From Paramoeba atlantica (lineage: Eukaryota; Protista; Discosea), in contig CDRNVI010000178.1 in assembly GCA_977017575.1 (NCBI GenBank), forward strand, positions 1 through 64,000: a DNA stretch of 64,000 nucleotides. Reading direction: 5' to 3'. The notes beneath the pieces are model-generated. The model saw only the letters and a program-made list of their open reading frames with translations, was not told the DNA's origin and ran no database searches. A program made the translations under genes and the position numbers. This document shows positions 22,438 through 35,600 of this stretch, piece after piece (the first letter of the stretch is position 1; every line of letters begins with the position of its first letter).

Positions 22438-22747
22438 TTTTGTCCCTCAGAGACAGAGCGGATCGAAAAGTCCTCCCCAAAAAACCGAAGAAAGAAACGA
22501 ACAAAAGATGATGACAAAGCATTGAGCTGACGTCTGAAAATGAAGAACATTTGATTTTTTTGTAAAACGAATTCTGACCAGAAAATAAAAACAAAAACAG
22601 CATGAATTTAGTTGTATTTTTCTGCTATAAAAAATAGAGTCCTTAATTAGCAATGTCGAGTTGACAATGCTTTTATTTTTTGGGTTTTTGGTCTTTTTTT
22701 TGTTTTCCTTGTTCTCCTTTCTGAAACACAAAAAAGAAAACGAAAAA

Positions 22748-23952
22748 ATGGCCCAACGTCAAAAGAAAACAAAAGAAGCTGCACCTGTCCAAGAAGAAGA
22801 AGTAGTTGATCAAACTCAAGATGAAGAAAAGGATTCTGGGATTCAATTGATCGGGGCTCTTGAAGGAAATGGGATTTCGTCTAACGACGTTCAAAAGTTG
22901 AGAGACAACGGTTTTTACACGATCGAATCAGCAGCTTATGCAACACAAAAACAACTTTGTGCGATCAAAGGAATCAGCGAGGCAAAAGCTGATAAGGTTT
23001 GAACACTTTTTTGATTTGTTGGTTCTATCCCTTTTGCTGACAAACAAGCTCAAAACAGATTCTCTTAGAAGCTTCAAAACTGGTCAAAATGGGTTTTGTC
23101 TCCGCAACCGAACTCCACCAAGCTCGACAGGAGATCCTCCAACTCACAACTGGTTCAAAGGAACTTGATAAACTTCTGCAAGGAGGGATCGAAACCGGTT
23201 CAATTACCGAGATTTTTGGGGAATTTCGAACGGGAAAAACACAGCTTTGCCATCAATTGTGTGTCACTTGCCAACTTGGAATTGATGCAGGAGGTGCTGA
23301 AGGAAAAGCAATGTACATTGATTCTGAAGGAACTTTTCGACCTGAGAGATTAATGGCCATCGCTGATCGGTATGGACTCGATGGACAGTCGGTTTTGGAC
23401 AATGTCTCTGTTGCTCGTGCTCACAATACTGACCATCAAATGAAATTACTTTTTCAAGCGTCTGCAATGATGGCAGAAGAGAGGTATGCCCTTCTTCTTG
23501 TTGATAGTGCGACAGGTCTCTATCGAACTGATTATTCTGGTCGTGGTGAGTTGTCTGCCCGTCAAATGCATATGGCAAAATTTCTTCGTTCACTGATGAG
23601 ACTTGCAGATGAGGTTCGAGCTTTTTTTTCTCTTCTCCTCTTCATTTCTTCATTTTCATTTTCTTTTTCTTCATTTTCTTTTTCTCACAAATTGTATTTT
23701 CCACAGTTCGGGGTTGCGGTTGTGATCACAAACCAAGTCGTTGCACAAGTTGATGGAGCTTCGATGTTCACAGCAGACCCAAAGAAACCTATTGGGGGAA
23801 ATATCATGGCTCATGCAAGTACAACTCGTCTTTCACTTCGAAAAGGGAGGGGAGAAGCCCGAGTGTGCAAGATTTATGATAGTCCTTGTCTTCCTGAAGC
23901 TGAAGCAACCTTTGGAATTTATCCTGATGGAATTAATGATGTGAAAGACTAA
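22748..23952 (+). CDS. RAD51: RAD51 recombinase; introns 22997-23058 and 23614-23706
   Basis: [63 protein letters not shown]; acidic C-terminus DVKD. Confidence 0.97.
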
Positions 23953-24081
23953 AAACAAATTCTGATGATATATTTCCTTTTCAATTGTCAATAAATTTTA
24001 TTTAAAAAATAAATAAAAAACACGAAAGAAAGAAAGAAAAGTGGTTTTCTTTGCAAAATAATCGAAAAGGAAAAAAGTCAC

Positions 24082-24851
24082 TTAGAATCGTGCGAAATTC
24101 TTGAGAACAGAACGCCCAATTTCCTGATGACGGTGTTCACTTCGAGTTTGTCGGGTCGTGGTGACATTGAGAGGAACACATTCAGCTGGAGGGATAAAGA
24201 CAGTAGGGTCTGGTTTCGTCGTTTGAAAGCTGATCAGATCAATCACGTAAAAAGATGATGGTCCATTTCTGGTGACTTGACGAACAGGAGTATTGTCTCT
24301 GTCTCCAAAGTAAAAGTCAGAGATCACATGGTGTCCTTGATTATCATCATAAACTGTTTGCCAGTGCTCTCCTTTCTTTCCTCCAATCCAAGAGGGGCCA
24401 AAAAATTCTGCCTCAGTCCTCTCCATGTAATCGGGAGTGGGTTCTTCTCCAACAAAATTGATGATACTGTGGGGGGAAAAAAAGTCAATTCATTTTTGAA
24501 AAAAGAAAAATAAAACTCATAAGAATGAACTCACTTGCATTCGATCATTTGGCCTGCGAAATAAGTGGCAAGAGCAATCTTCTGGAGGGAATGAAACATA
24601 AACAGATCGACGGTGTAGTCCAGGTCGACAAAGTGGACTTTGGATCGCTGTGCACGAGCATCAAAATCATACCAAGTATGCAAGGGACCAGTGTTTCCAA
24701 TCAGGTGAGTCTCCTCATCAAAATAATTGATGGTCGAGAATCCAATCTGGTAGTCAGGGAACACGGGTGGTGCGAGCTGTTCCGGCGCCTCCTGGCCCAT
24801 CGCAAGGGCCACGAAGAAAAATAAGGTCATTCCCAGGAATTTGTTGTTCAT
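24082..24851 (-). CDS. Secreted ependymin-related (EPDR/LolA-like fold) protein; intron 24467-24534
   Basis: Signal peptide; W.YD....QR strand pattern; C-terminal PDPTVFIPPAEC motif typical of EPDR-like proteins. Confidence 0.65.
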
Positions 24852-25109
24852 TTTTTTTTTGTTTCTTTGCAGAAATTTTGGTTTTGCACGTTGGATAATT
24901 CTTTTCTGTCCCAGATCTCAGAACATTCTGTTTTGCAGAAATTTCCTTTGCGTTTTCAAACCAGATCTTCCTTTTTTGGTATTTCTTTTTTTTTCGGTAT
25001 GGAAAAATCGGCGATCTTCCAGTTTGCGGTGTTTTAAAATCAACTTTCGCTGAAACACAAGAAAGGTGGATGAAAGATCTTTGCTTGTGATTGGAAAAAG
25101 GGCTTGCGG

Positions 25110-27709
25110 TTATTGAATGGTGCACGGGCAACACTTCTCAGGATCAGACTTCACGAGAGTCTGGGAAGGACCAGGAGACTGTCTTAACAAAGGAGAATTT
25201 TCTGAAGAGTTTGGAACCAAAAAATCATTGTCCTCCGGGGATTCGATCTTTTTGTCAGAAGGGGTAAGTTCGTCAATCGAAGGGGATCTCAGCGGAGAAG
25301 GCGGGTCAATCACTTTCGCCCGTGAAACAGACTTTCGAATCAAATTTGCAGGTGTTGCAGGATCAGGAGGACCATTTTCCAGAACTTGTGTTGGGAACGG
25401 GGGAGATGGTGATGCTGGCGATGGCACTGATGATGTTCGAGAGGGGGGTGAGGGGAGTGGTGAGAATTCAAACGTTTCCAATATAAGGGGGGAAGCCATT
25501 GAAATAGGTTGAGGTGATAACAAAGGTGGTGAGCGTGTGGATATTGGGGAAGGAGGAGAGAGAGTAAAGGATGAAGGAGAGGAAGGGATACCATCAATTG
25601 GAGAAAGAGAAGGAGGAGAAGGAGGAGAAGAATTTTCTGGAATGGAAGAAGGGGAAGGAGGAGAAAAAGAAGAGGGTGGCGGAAGATTTCCAAGAGAAGA
25701 CACTTCTTTGGGTGGAGATGAAGGCGAAGACGATTGAAGAAATTTTAAAGGAGATGGTTCGGAAGAACGGTTTCCTGGGGATGGAGGCGGTGTGGTCGGG
25801 GGTGGAGTTGAATGGGAGCTGATCGGAAAATATCCAAGTCCACTTAAACGATACGAGGGTGTGAACGAAGACGCAATGTCAGGGTACATTTCACTGAGAG
25901 GCCTGGATTGTTTAATTGCTCGTCGAAGGTCAATGGCAGAGAGGGCTTTCCTTTCATCACGACGAGATTTTCTCTTTTTTGTCTTCTGTTGTTGGACTAA
26001 TTTCTCTTCAAATTGTTGTTGCCTTTCTAATTTTTCAATCGCTTGTCGGTCCTTCTCTTCTTTTATAATTTTTACATAATTTTGCTTTTGATTCGCAAGA
26101 GCAAGTAACAACGTCTCGTGTGTGTCAGCATCCATCAACATGAGTGGCTCAGACATAAAAAGCCAACGGCAAGTTTTCGCGAGTTCTTCTGGCGATATTT
26201 CTACCTCGTCTCCTTCCACAAAATTCTCTTCTTCATATTTTTGGAATGTGCCCTCTGAGAGGGAGAGAATAAAAGGTTGTTGATCTTCTTTTGTTTGTGT
26301 TGCTGCTTTGAGATCGATTGTCTCTGGTTCTGTTGTTTCTTCCTCGAGAGAGGAAGATCCGCGCCAATACAAAATCATAGAAGTCACAGTCTCGATTTGT
26401 TTCATGTCAAAAGCACCATTTCTTCCACCCATGATTGTTGGACCAAAAACAATCGCAAGATTGGAAGGAGTCATCATGTTTGTCTCGACGTGTCGTGAAA
26501 CTTCGCTCAAACAATCCATCAACGCATTTAAGATGACATAATTGGTTTCAGGAAGCTTTTTCAAAACTCCTTTGAGAGCTGAATCTTGTGAGCTATCCTC
26601 GATCATCGGGATAGCAAGAAAATATTCATAGAGGTCGTATATCAAGAGAGGTTCTGGAAGCTATTTTACAACCAGTTGTGTTAGATTCAATTTAGTTGGA
26701 AGAAAAAAAAGAAAGAGAAAACCTCTCGAAACCAAAGTTTCAAAAGACCAGTTATATCATGGATATCTGCTCCCAAAAAATCTGGAGAAAGGTTGTGACA
26801 ATTTAGAAGACCGATTTCGTTGATTGCATTCTTAAACCCAATGATCTTTTGAGCGCTCCCACTCAATCGAAATATCCCTTCTTCCTGTTTTCAAAACATG
26901 GGTTAAAATTTTATTCCTTGAAGAATTTACATAAAATGTTAGAAGAGTCTTGATTACCTTTGCATTTTGTTTCACTATTTCGAAAGCACATCGAACCCAT
27001 TTTGGATACTCAAATTCTCCTTGTTCCGTTCTTCTGACTAGAACCAAAAAAAAAATGAATGAATGATTGACAACAAAGATCCCAACACTCACAAGTTCAG
27101 GAAAAAAAAAATTACCAAGTGAATGAATGGGAGATCCAAAGAAAGGAACAGGTTTGGGTTTTGGGATGAATGCGTTGGCCGTCACCTCTCCAAGCTCTCC
27201 CAGAAGAGCGATCGGAGCAGTTGCATAGGAGAGAATCGTGGTCCCTGATTGTTTGATATCAAGCATAATCGAACGGGTGTCTTTGTCATCCCTTTTTGTT
27301 TTTGATCGAGTGAGAATGAATGGGAAAATCAGAAAAGCCATTTTACAAAAAGGAAAAAAAACCTTCGAACAGTTCGCTCCACTTCGTACGGAGCACAATA
27401 GAGAGTTATGGTCTTTGTGATTGGGACCCACCCCAAAGATGAACTGTCTCAAGAGTTAAGGAAAAAAAAAGAAAAACAAATGGGGAGTATCCAGAAACAA
27501 AAAAAGGGAACCAACCTTGTTTGGTTTTCTCTTCGAATCTGCCCCATCAAATAGGTTTCTTCCAAACTCCCTCCATCCCGAATATCGAACACCTCAACCA
27601 CCTCCCCCTTCTTGACAAGAAGAGGATTCCCAACGGGGACATGAGAAGATCCAGAGCCCTCCCAATCAGACAAGATTGAGACCGCGATACGGTTGCAAGT
27701 GGCGGTCAT
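25110..27709 (-). CDS. RhoGAP with N-terminal SH3-like domain, long Pro/Ser-rich tail and C-terminal CaaX box
   Basis: SH3-like LSDWEG..PLLVKKGEVVEV; EEGIFRLSG, ITGLLKLWFRE|LPEPL, NMMTPSNLAIVFGPTI; ends KCCPCTIQ*. Confidence 0.85.
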
Positions 27710-27888
27710 CGTCTCTGAATCTTCTTTTTCTCTCTCAGTTCTATTTTGGAGTCTCAAAAAAAAAAGAGAAAAATCGGAAAAATGCCTTTTTTGTTAGTTT
27801 CCCGATTTTTGTTTGTTTTTGTTTGTTTTGTTTTTCGCTTTTCTTCTTCCTTTTTATTGATGGAAGAGGGAAAGAAACAATAAGAACG

Positions 27889-30800
27889 ATGGGAGATCAG
27901 GGAGAAAAGATACAAGAGATTGAGAAAATTCCTCAGCCAAAAAAGAAGGTGAGAAAAAAGAAAAAGAAACAAACCCTCGAAGAGATCGAAGCAGAGATTC
28001 AACGGCGAGTCGAAGAGGCACTCCAGTCAGAACAAACGCAAAAAGAAATCCAACAACAAGTCGATGAACAAGTCTCATCTCTTGTCGTTGTAGTACCTAA
28101 ACAACAAAAACTATCTCCTTCTTCTTCACCAGACTTTCTTTTTCAGTTTGACTCCAACAAAGACGCCCCAAAGATCAACATCGACGATCCCATCTTCAAA
28201 TTCACAGATGTACCACTCACAGGAGTCAATTCAGATCCAATCTTCGACGATTCTATTGCCATTCCCAACTCAGATTCACAAATCACAGATACAAAGTTCA
28301 ACTTCGAGGACTTACCAATCTCGAGAGCGAGTTCTGAACCAATCTTTGCCGATTCCACCACCAACGCCAATGCCAACACCAACTCTGATTCCTCCAAACC
28401 CAGTCAAGAAGACTCTAAAAACTCAAACGTTAGCCAACCCAAAATGATCATGGAATGGGACAGCACCATCATGAAAAAAGAAGAGAACTCCACTTCCAAA
28501 TTTGCAGACTTGCCAATCTCAGGTGCCTCTGGAGAACCAATATTCAACGATCCTGATCCCATTAAAGAAAACAGACCAAAGATGGAAGAAGAAGAATTTG
28601 ATAAATTGATGTTGGGGTGGGTTAATTCCAAGTTGGCGCTCAAGTGGATTCGTGTGTTGGATATGAAGACTGATTTTTCTGATGGTGTTGCTCTTTGGGC
28701 TCTTTTGGAAATTTGTTCTGGTATTTTTTATGCGAATTATTTAAAGATGATAAGAGAAGAGAAGAATAGAGAAGAATAGAGAAGAAAAATAGAGGAGATG
28801 ATCCATTCTTCTTTAAGAAACTTATTCATTGAATCGGAAATAGGGTTACCTTTAAGTCGGAACAAAATCACTCACCCTCACCCTACAATGGGAAAAGAGT
28901 ATTGTAAAATCAAAATCATCGAAAATATGAACTGTGTTTTTAAACAAATGGAAGAACTTGGCATTAGGTTCTTTTTTTCTCTCAAAATTTTGAGAAGAGA
29001 GAGAGAGATCCAAGGAGAAAGAGCAACAGAAAAGTTCTTCAAGAAGATATTTTTCTGAAAATCTTCCCCTCCCTTTTCTTCCCTTTCTCTCCTCTCCTCT
29101 CCCCCTTCCTTTTCTCCCACTCAAAAAATAAAAAGGGTAGGATGTTTACCAAACGACATTGTGGATGGATCAGAGGCAATAATACGAAGTCTTCTTTGGA
29201 TTTTATTTCGAAAATATTCTGAGAGAGGAGATGTTCCTCAATTTGATGCTATTACTCGTCTTACCAAAGTTTTTTTTTTCTGTTTTTTTTTTTTCTGTTT
29301 TTTTTTTTTCTGTTTTTTTTTCATTGAAATTTCATTTGTTTTTGTTGTTTTTGTTGCTTTGTTGTTTTGTTGTTTCTTTTTTTGGCCTTGTGATTTTTTC
29401 TTTTTTCTTTTCTTTCTCTTTCTTTTCTCCCTTTAACAAGTTTTGGGTTTAAGGATGAAGCAAAAGAGATTAAAGAGAAAGAGTATGATGTAAAAAAGAT
29501 AGTTGTTTGTCAGTCTGTTGCCAGGACTTGGCTCTTTCGTCGACATTACTTTAATATTTTAAAGGTTTTTTCTTTTTTCTTTTTTCTTTTTTCTTTTCTT
29601 TCTCTTTTCGAATGATTTCATATTTTTTAGGCTGCAAGATTAAGAAAAAAAGTTGTTTGTGAAATTGAAAGTTCCGAAGAGAGTTATTTGAACCAGCTTA
29701 ACGTTATTATTGAGGTCAATTTTTTCCCTTCTTCTCTTCTCTTTCTCTTCTGAAGAGATGTTTTGAAGAAGATCTCTTTTTCCTTCATTCCTCTTTCTTC
29801 TCTCTTTCTCCTCTCCCAAAAGAAAAAATTTAAAAAAACTAAAAACAAAACAAAACAGTTATACATGAAACCATTAGAAACGGGGAATTTTGAAGGAGGA
29901 GGACCAACTGGTTTTACTCTCCCTAAAAATGAAATTAAATTTCTTTTTAGTAATGTTCTCGAGATTTATTCTTTTCATAAGGTTGATTTTTGCTTTTTTT
30001 GTTTGTTTTTTTGGTGTTGATTTTTGCTTTTTTTTGTAATGTTCTTGAGATTTATTCTTTTCATAAGGTTGATTTTTGTTTTTTTTTTTGTTTTTTTTGG
30101 TGTTTTTTTTTTGTTTTTTCTTGTTGTTTTTTGATTTTATTTATTTTTGTTCTTTCTTTCTTTTTCTCATTTTTTTTGAAACCAATTTCTCCAATTTTTC
30201 AGTTTTTATTGGCAAAAATCAAAGAGAGAGTGGAAAAATGGTCTCCTCATCAAAAAGTAGGAGACATATTTATTGATCACACCCCTTATTTTAAACTTTA
30301 TGAAGTTTATTGTCGTAATTATCAAAATGTAATTTTCTTTTCTTTTTTTTCTTTTCTTTTTTTTCTTTTCTTTTTTTCTTTTCTTTTTTTTTATCTAACA
30401 AAACCAAAAATCTCTCCAAAAACACAAAAACACAAAACCAAAAACCAAACCACACACACAAAAAAAAAACCACAAAAACAGGCGCTCCAAAAACTAGACA
30501 AACTCACAAAAATCAGCCAATTCCGGCACTTCCTAGACCTCGCATCCAAAGAGCCACTCGCCATCGAAAACATCTCTCTCGACTTCCTCCTAATCACACC
30601 CATTCAACGAATGCCACGTGTCATTCTTCTTTTGTCTTCTCTTTCTCTTTATACTTTGAAAGAAGAAGAAGATGGGGAGTTGTTGGAGAGGGCGGTTTGT
30701 GAGTTGAGGGGGGTTGCTGAGTTTGCGGATGGGAGTGTGAGGGATGCGGAGAGGCTTGCTCAGGTTGTTTCGATTCAGGCAAAGTTGAAGGTTTTTTTTT

Positions 30801-32594
30801 TTGTTTTGTTTTTTGTTTTGTTTTTTTTTGTTTTTTTGTTTTTTTTGTTTTTTTTTTGTTTTTTTATTTATTTATTTATGTTTTTTTTTATCTTTTATTT
30901 TATTGAAATTACTCTTCTTAAAGAATAATAAAATACAAAGAAAAATCCTAAAAACAATAATAATTAAATAGAATCTCCCTGAAAATTTGACAATTATGAT
31001 CCCAACAAGACAATTTATCTGTGAAGGAGTTTTTCATCTCTATAAATTTGATATTTCTTCTTTTGGAAATACCAAATTTACAACACCCATCAAAATTTAT
31101 TTATTTAATGATTCTCTTCTTTTGGCTGAAAAGAGTAATCTTAATTTTTTGGTTCTTTTTTCTTTTTTTTTTTTTTCATTCTCTCTTTTTCTCTTTTTCT
31201 CTTTTTTCTCTTTCTCTCTTTCTCCCTTTCCTTTAATTTCCTCTTTCTCTTCTCTCATTTCTCTCCTTTTTCCTTCCCTTCTCTCCTACCTTTCAACAAT
31301 AACAAAACAACAACAGACCCTGATCTATCTCGACCAATCCCCAGAAAAAGAACACTCAAGCCAACTAAAAATGGTAAAAACAATGCCGAACCTTAATTTC
31401 ATCCAAAATGTTTTTGCGATTGTCACGTCTGAGAAGACTTGGTTGGTTCGGTGTGAGAGTTGTGAAGAGAGAGATGTTTGGATGGAATCGATTGATGTAA
31501 TTGTTTTTTGTTTTTATTATTTATTTATTGATTGATTGATTGTATTGTTTTGTTTTGTTTATTGAAAAAGCTTCTTTTTATTTCTCTTCTCTTTTTCTCA
31601 TTTCTTTTCCAGAAAATCTACAGCAGTTGGAAAAACGAAAAAAAAGAAACCGAAACCAAAAAAGAACAAAACGAACCCGAAACAGAAGAATACAACAACA
31701 TCAGCATCGTCGGAACACAAAAAAGAAAAGAAGAACAATTTGGAGCAAAAACATTTACTGTTTATTTGATATTATTTAAAATGGGAAAGAAAGAGTTTCG
31801 AGCTGCGAGAAGATTTAGTGAATTTGACACTCTTTTCGATAAAATTAAAAAAGTTTATGATAAGAAATTCTCTTCTTTGTCAGCCAAACAACATATTTTT
31901 GTGAATATGAACCAAGGTATTTTTTTGAATATTTTTTTGAACATTTTTTATTTGTTTTTCCTTTTTTCTTTGTCTTTTTCTTTTCTTCTCACCAAAATTT
32001 CAAGATCAGTTTTCTTTATTTTTTTTCTCTTTTGATTGATTCTGTTTTTTCCCTTGTAACATCTTTGTTTCAGAAACCATTGAGTATCGACGAATAATGC
32101 TTGAAGGGATGTTACTCGAACTCTTATCACGCCCTCAAATTCTCCAAAAGTGCACTGAGGTTTCTTTGATCTTTTTGTTTATTTTTTATTTATTTTCTTT
32201 TGAAATTTATTTCTTTGTTTATTTTTTTAAATCTCTCTTCATCTTAAAATCTTCTTTTTTCTGAATATTTTTTATTATTATTCATTAAACAATTATTTTA
32301 ATCTCTTTTTTTCTCTCTCTCTCTCAGTTGAGGACATTCCTCTGCCTTGATGACCCAAATCCAAACCCATGGGACGATTCCACTGTGGTAGATGGATCAA
32401 TTGATTCAAAATCGATTGCTCTTTTCATGGAAAGTTGTTCTCCTAGCAATCGTCGAGCAGCTTCGGCACGACTTGAATTGCCAACAACAAGTCCAAATCA
32501 AGCTCAATATAAACGAATTCGAACTGGTTCTCTTACCCCTCTTGATGTGGCGAATCTGCAAGCAGGGCAAAGTAAGTTTGAAGAAGAAAAATAA
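27889..32594 (+). CDS. CH-IQ-RhoGEF(DH)-PH-PX multidomain protein (multi-exon)
   Basis: CH: LGWVNSKL..DFSDGVALWALLE, IENMN; IQ-like CQSVARTWL; DH: EIESSEESY, VGDIF, LITPIQRMPR; PH: YLFNDSLL; PX: RRFSEFDTL, IEYRRIML. Confidence 0.85.
29950..30105 (+). repeat. Local tandem duplication (period 86 bp) of an exon end plus 5' splice site in the RhoGEF gene
   Basis: gtaatgttctcgagatttattcttttcataaggttgatttttg at 29950 and gtaatgttcttgagatttattcttttcataaggttgatttttg at 30036. Confidence 0.85.
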
Positions 32595-32682
32595 AATTTA
32601 AAAAAAAACATTAAAAAAAAAAAAAAAGAAATGAATGAATTTTCTCTTTTAGCATCGATGTTTTGGAAAAAAAAAATGTAAA

Positions 32683-35600
32683 TCAAACCTCAGACTTTCT
32701 TTTCTCTCTTCGCTGGTTTGATAAGAATTGGATTGGCTGTTGTTGTTGGAGGAACATCTCCGAAAATTTCTGGTGGAAGTAACAAGAAAAGAAGTCAGTT
32801 TTTAACATTCTCAAATCGGTTATTTGTGTCGATCATCTCAAGTTTGTTTTTGTTCTTTTTGCCTGGTAATTACCAATTCCAGGGTTCTTTTTTTCAAGAA
32901 GAGACCAACAAACCATAGTCACGATCTCGTCTCGATTTCTTGACAACATAAATAAGCCCTCCCACGAGAGCAAAAATGAGAACAATTCCGAGCAAGATCC
33001 AAACCCAGAACGTAGTCGAAGAAGTATTGGCCCCAACTCGAACATACAACCCATCGAGTTTGTAATCCAAGTGAAGAGGACGTTTCGTTGTTCCAACAAG
33101 TTGATGGCTCTCAGAAAAGCGACCCACAACAGAACCCCATCTCAGAACCAACATCTCTTGTTTGGTAACTGCATCAGGATTCGCGAGAATATTCAGTTCA
33201 AGCACCCCTCTTGCATGGACCTGATCTGAAACAACTACTACTTCTTGATCTCCAATGTATTCAGAATAGAAGAGTGTCAGAACACTTTTGGTGGATTTCA
33301 TGGTCAGAGATCCATTCACGACTGTCTGTTCATCTAAAGATAAATGACGAGAGTTTGAAAGGGAGAGGAATGTTGAAGATTCGCCACTACATCGAACAGT
33401 CGAATTATACAAAGAAAGCTCCCCACTATTCTCGAAAAATCCTTCATTGATGACCACAAAAGAAAGGACAACATTATTAAGAACGATTTGTCCCACATTT
33501 TGCAATCGAAGACCATAAAGATCCAGATTTTGAGGTTCAATCCCATTCCCAATGTTCCCAGGTTCACCAAACAGAGCAAATGTAAGCCATATATTCAAGT
33601 CACTTAGGTGTTTTTCGGGATTCCCAACCGCGAAATTACAAGACGCATTGCTTGTCGCGAGAATAGGACCATCAGTCCACTCAAAAAAACTCAAGAGGGT
33701 TAAATTTCGATCAATTTGAAATGTTAGATCTGGATCACCCAATTTCAAGCCCACAACTTCAAGCCCACTCTCAAACTCACAACCACAGATCGACAACCGC
33801 GTTGTTTCTTTGAGGACGCCATTTCGAAGCTCTACACCCGGAATGCCACACATTTTTTCAAATGTCACTGAAAAATAGCTGAAATCGAAAATTGAAAGGT
33901 CAGAAAAGAGAAAAGAGAAACTAGAGAAATCTCTTCTTTACCTTGTAATCCCAATATTCGACGCATCAGTTTCATCATCAACAAAAGTAGATCCACGTAT
34001 CCGAACAGAGTCAAAGCTTCAAGGAGAAACATTTAATAGATCCCAAAAAATTAGGTTTAAAGAAAGAAAATCAAGAAAGAAAATCAACCGTGGTGAAGTG
34101 GGCTCTTCAATGAAAATAAAAGTCCCCTCTGTTGCATTATTTGAATTGAAAACACAATCTTCAATGAACCCTGGAGCTTCCATATCCAAAATAGCTATGG
34201 CGCCCCCTGTTCCATTATTTTGATTTGACACTTCATTGGATGTGAAAGTGCACTGTAATAACGTCGTGGAAGCATCAGCTTCCAAGTGGATAGCACCTCC
34301 TGCCTGTAAAAAGGGAAGGTGAAAAAGAAAAGCATAAAGTTTCTCAAAAGATGAGGATTACCTGAAGAGCAACGTTACTGACAAAGTCATTTCGGAAAAG
34401 AAGTGGTGTTATCCCCTGAAAAGAAAGAACATTTTCTTGATTCGCCTTTTGATCAAAAAAGAAAGCAGAGTAATGAAATCAATACCTTTGTAATTGAAAT
34501 TCCACCCCCATATCGAGCAGAATTATTTGAAAAGTGGCATCCAACAATATCACCCGCACCTTGAAACCGAATCGCTCCACCAGAATCTCCCGCAGTATTT
34601 TGGGTAAATTTGCAATCTTGAATCCCGGTGGAAGCCAAATACCCCGTAATATAAATACCACCACCCTTTCCATTCGCTTGGTTGAACTCAAAATCGCAAT
34701 GATGAACCCAAAAGGAATCTTTTGAAAATAATTCAACAGCTCTGACTACCCCAGCTCCATGGTCGGCAGAATTCGAGTTAAATATGCTGTTAGCAATGAG
34801 GATATCGCCACTTTCAACATAGATGGTTCCATGGGAGGGCTCACCTTCTTCGTCTGAGGAAGCGGCATTTTTCAAAAATGTACAACCTGGTTTGCGAGGA
34901 TAAGAAACTCTGGGAGAAGAGAGAGAAAAAAAGAACGGAAGGTGAAACCAAGAATTTGATCTTGTGGTGTTCTCCTGGGTCCAGTTGTGGCACTCGATAG
35001 ATGAATAGCACTCCCATTAATCGCTACATTGTTCTTAAAAACGGAGTGAAGAACTTGGTTTCGGTTTTGGTCAATTCGTAAATCAATTGCCCCACCAATT
35101 ATACCAGCAGAGTTAAAATCAAATTCACAATGTTCTATCTCAACACCTGAAACCCATAACGCTCCCCCTCCATTCAACGCTGTGTTTGAGACAAACGTTG
35201 TATTGATGATGTGGAGTTGAAGTTCTTCAATCTCTGAAGGGGCGATATCATTCGAATATAAAGCTCCTCCTTCTTGCGCTGAGTTCGAAACAAAAGCGCT
35301 CTTTTCGATTGTTATATCTTGGTAAAGATTTGAGATAAAAACAGCACCTCCTTTTCCACCATCGTTCGTAATTTCGTTGTCTTCAAAGGTGCAGTTGAAG
35401 ATCAAACTTTCTCTCTCGGAGAGAAAAATTTGATCAACAAAGAGAGCAGCTCCGTTGCTGGTTGCTGAATTATTCAAAAAGCTACAATTCGACAATTTGA
35501 AGTTGGAAGAAAATTCAGTGAGACGAACACAATGTCCATTCCCAACAAAATTGGAAGAAAATTGAACATCAGACAATCCAACAGAACGAAGATTCGAAAA

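Noticed and set aside
23614-23706. Apparent 31-aa hydrophobic insertion in RAD51 (likewise 42336-42431 in the Clu gene)
   Set aside because: Stop-free 3n introns with GT..AG ends; removal restores the conserved LADE|FGVAV
22748-23952. DMC1 instead of RAD51
   Set aside because: [26 protein letters not shown] and the C-terminal DVKD match RAD51
29990-30928. Long Phe-rich ORFs (also 9191..9610, 29161..29436, 30987..31535)
   Set aside because: T-rich, A-poor introns and spacers rarely contain stops; only embedded exon segments are real
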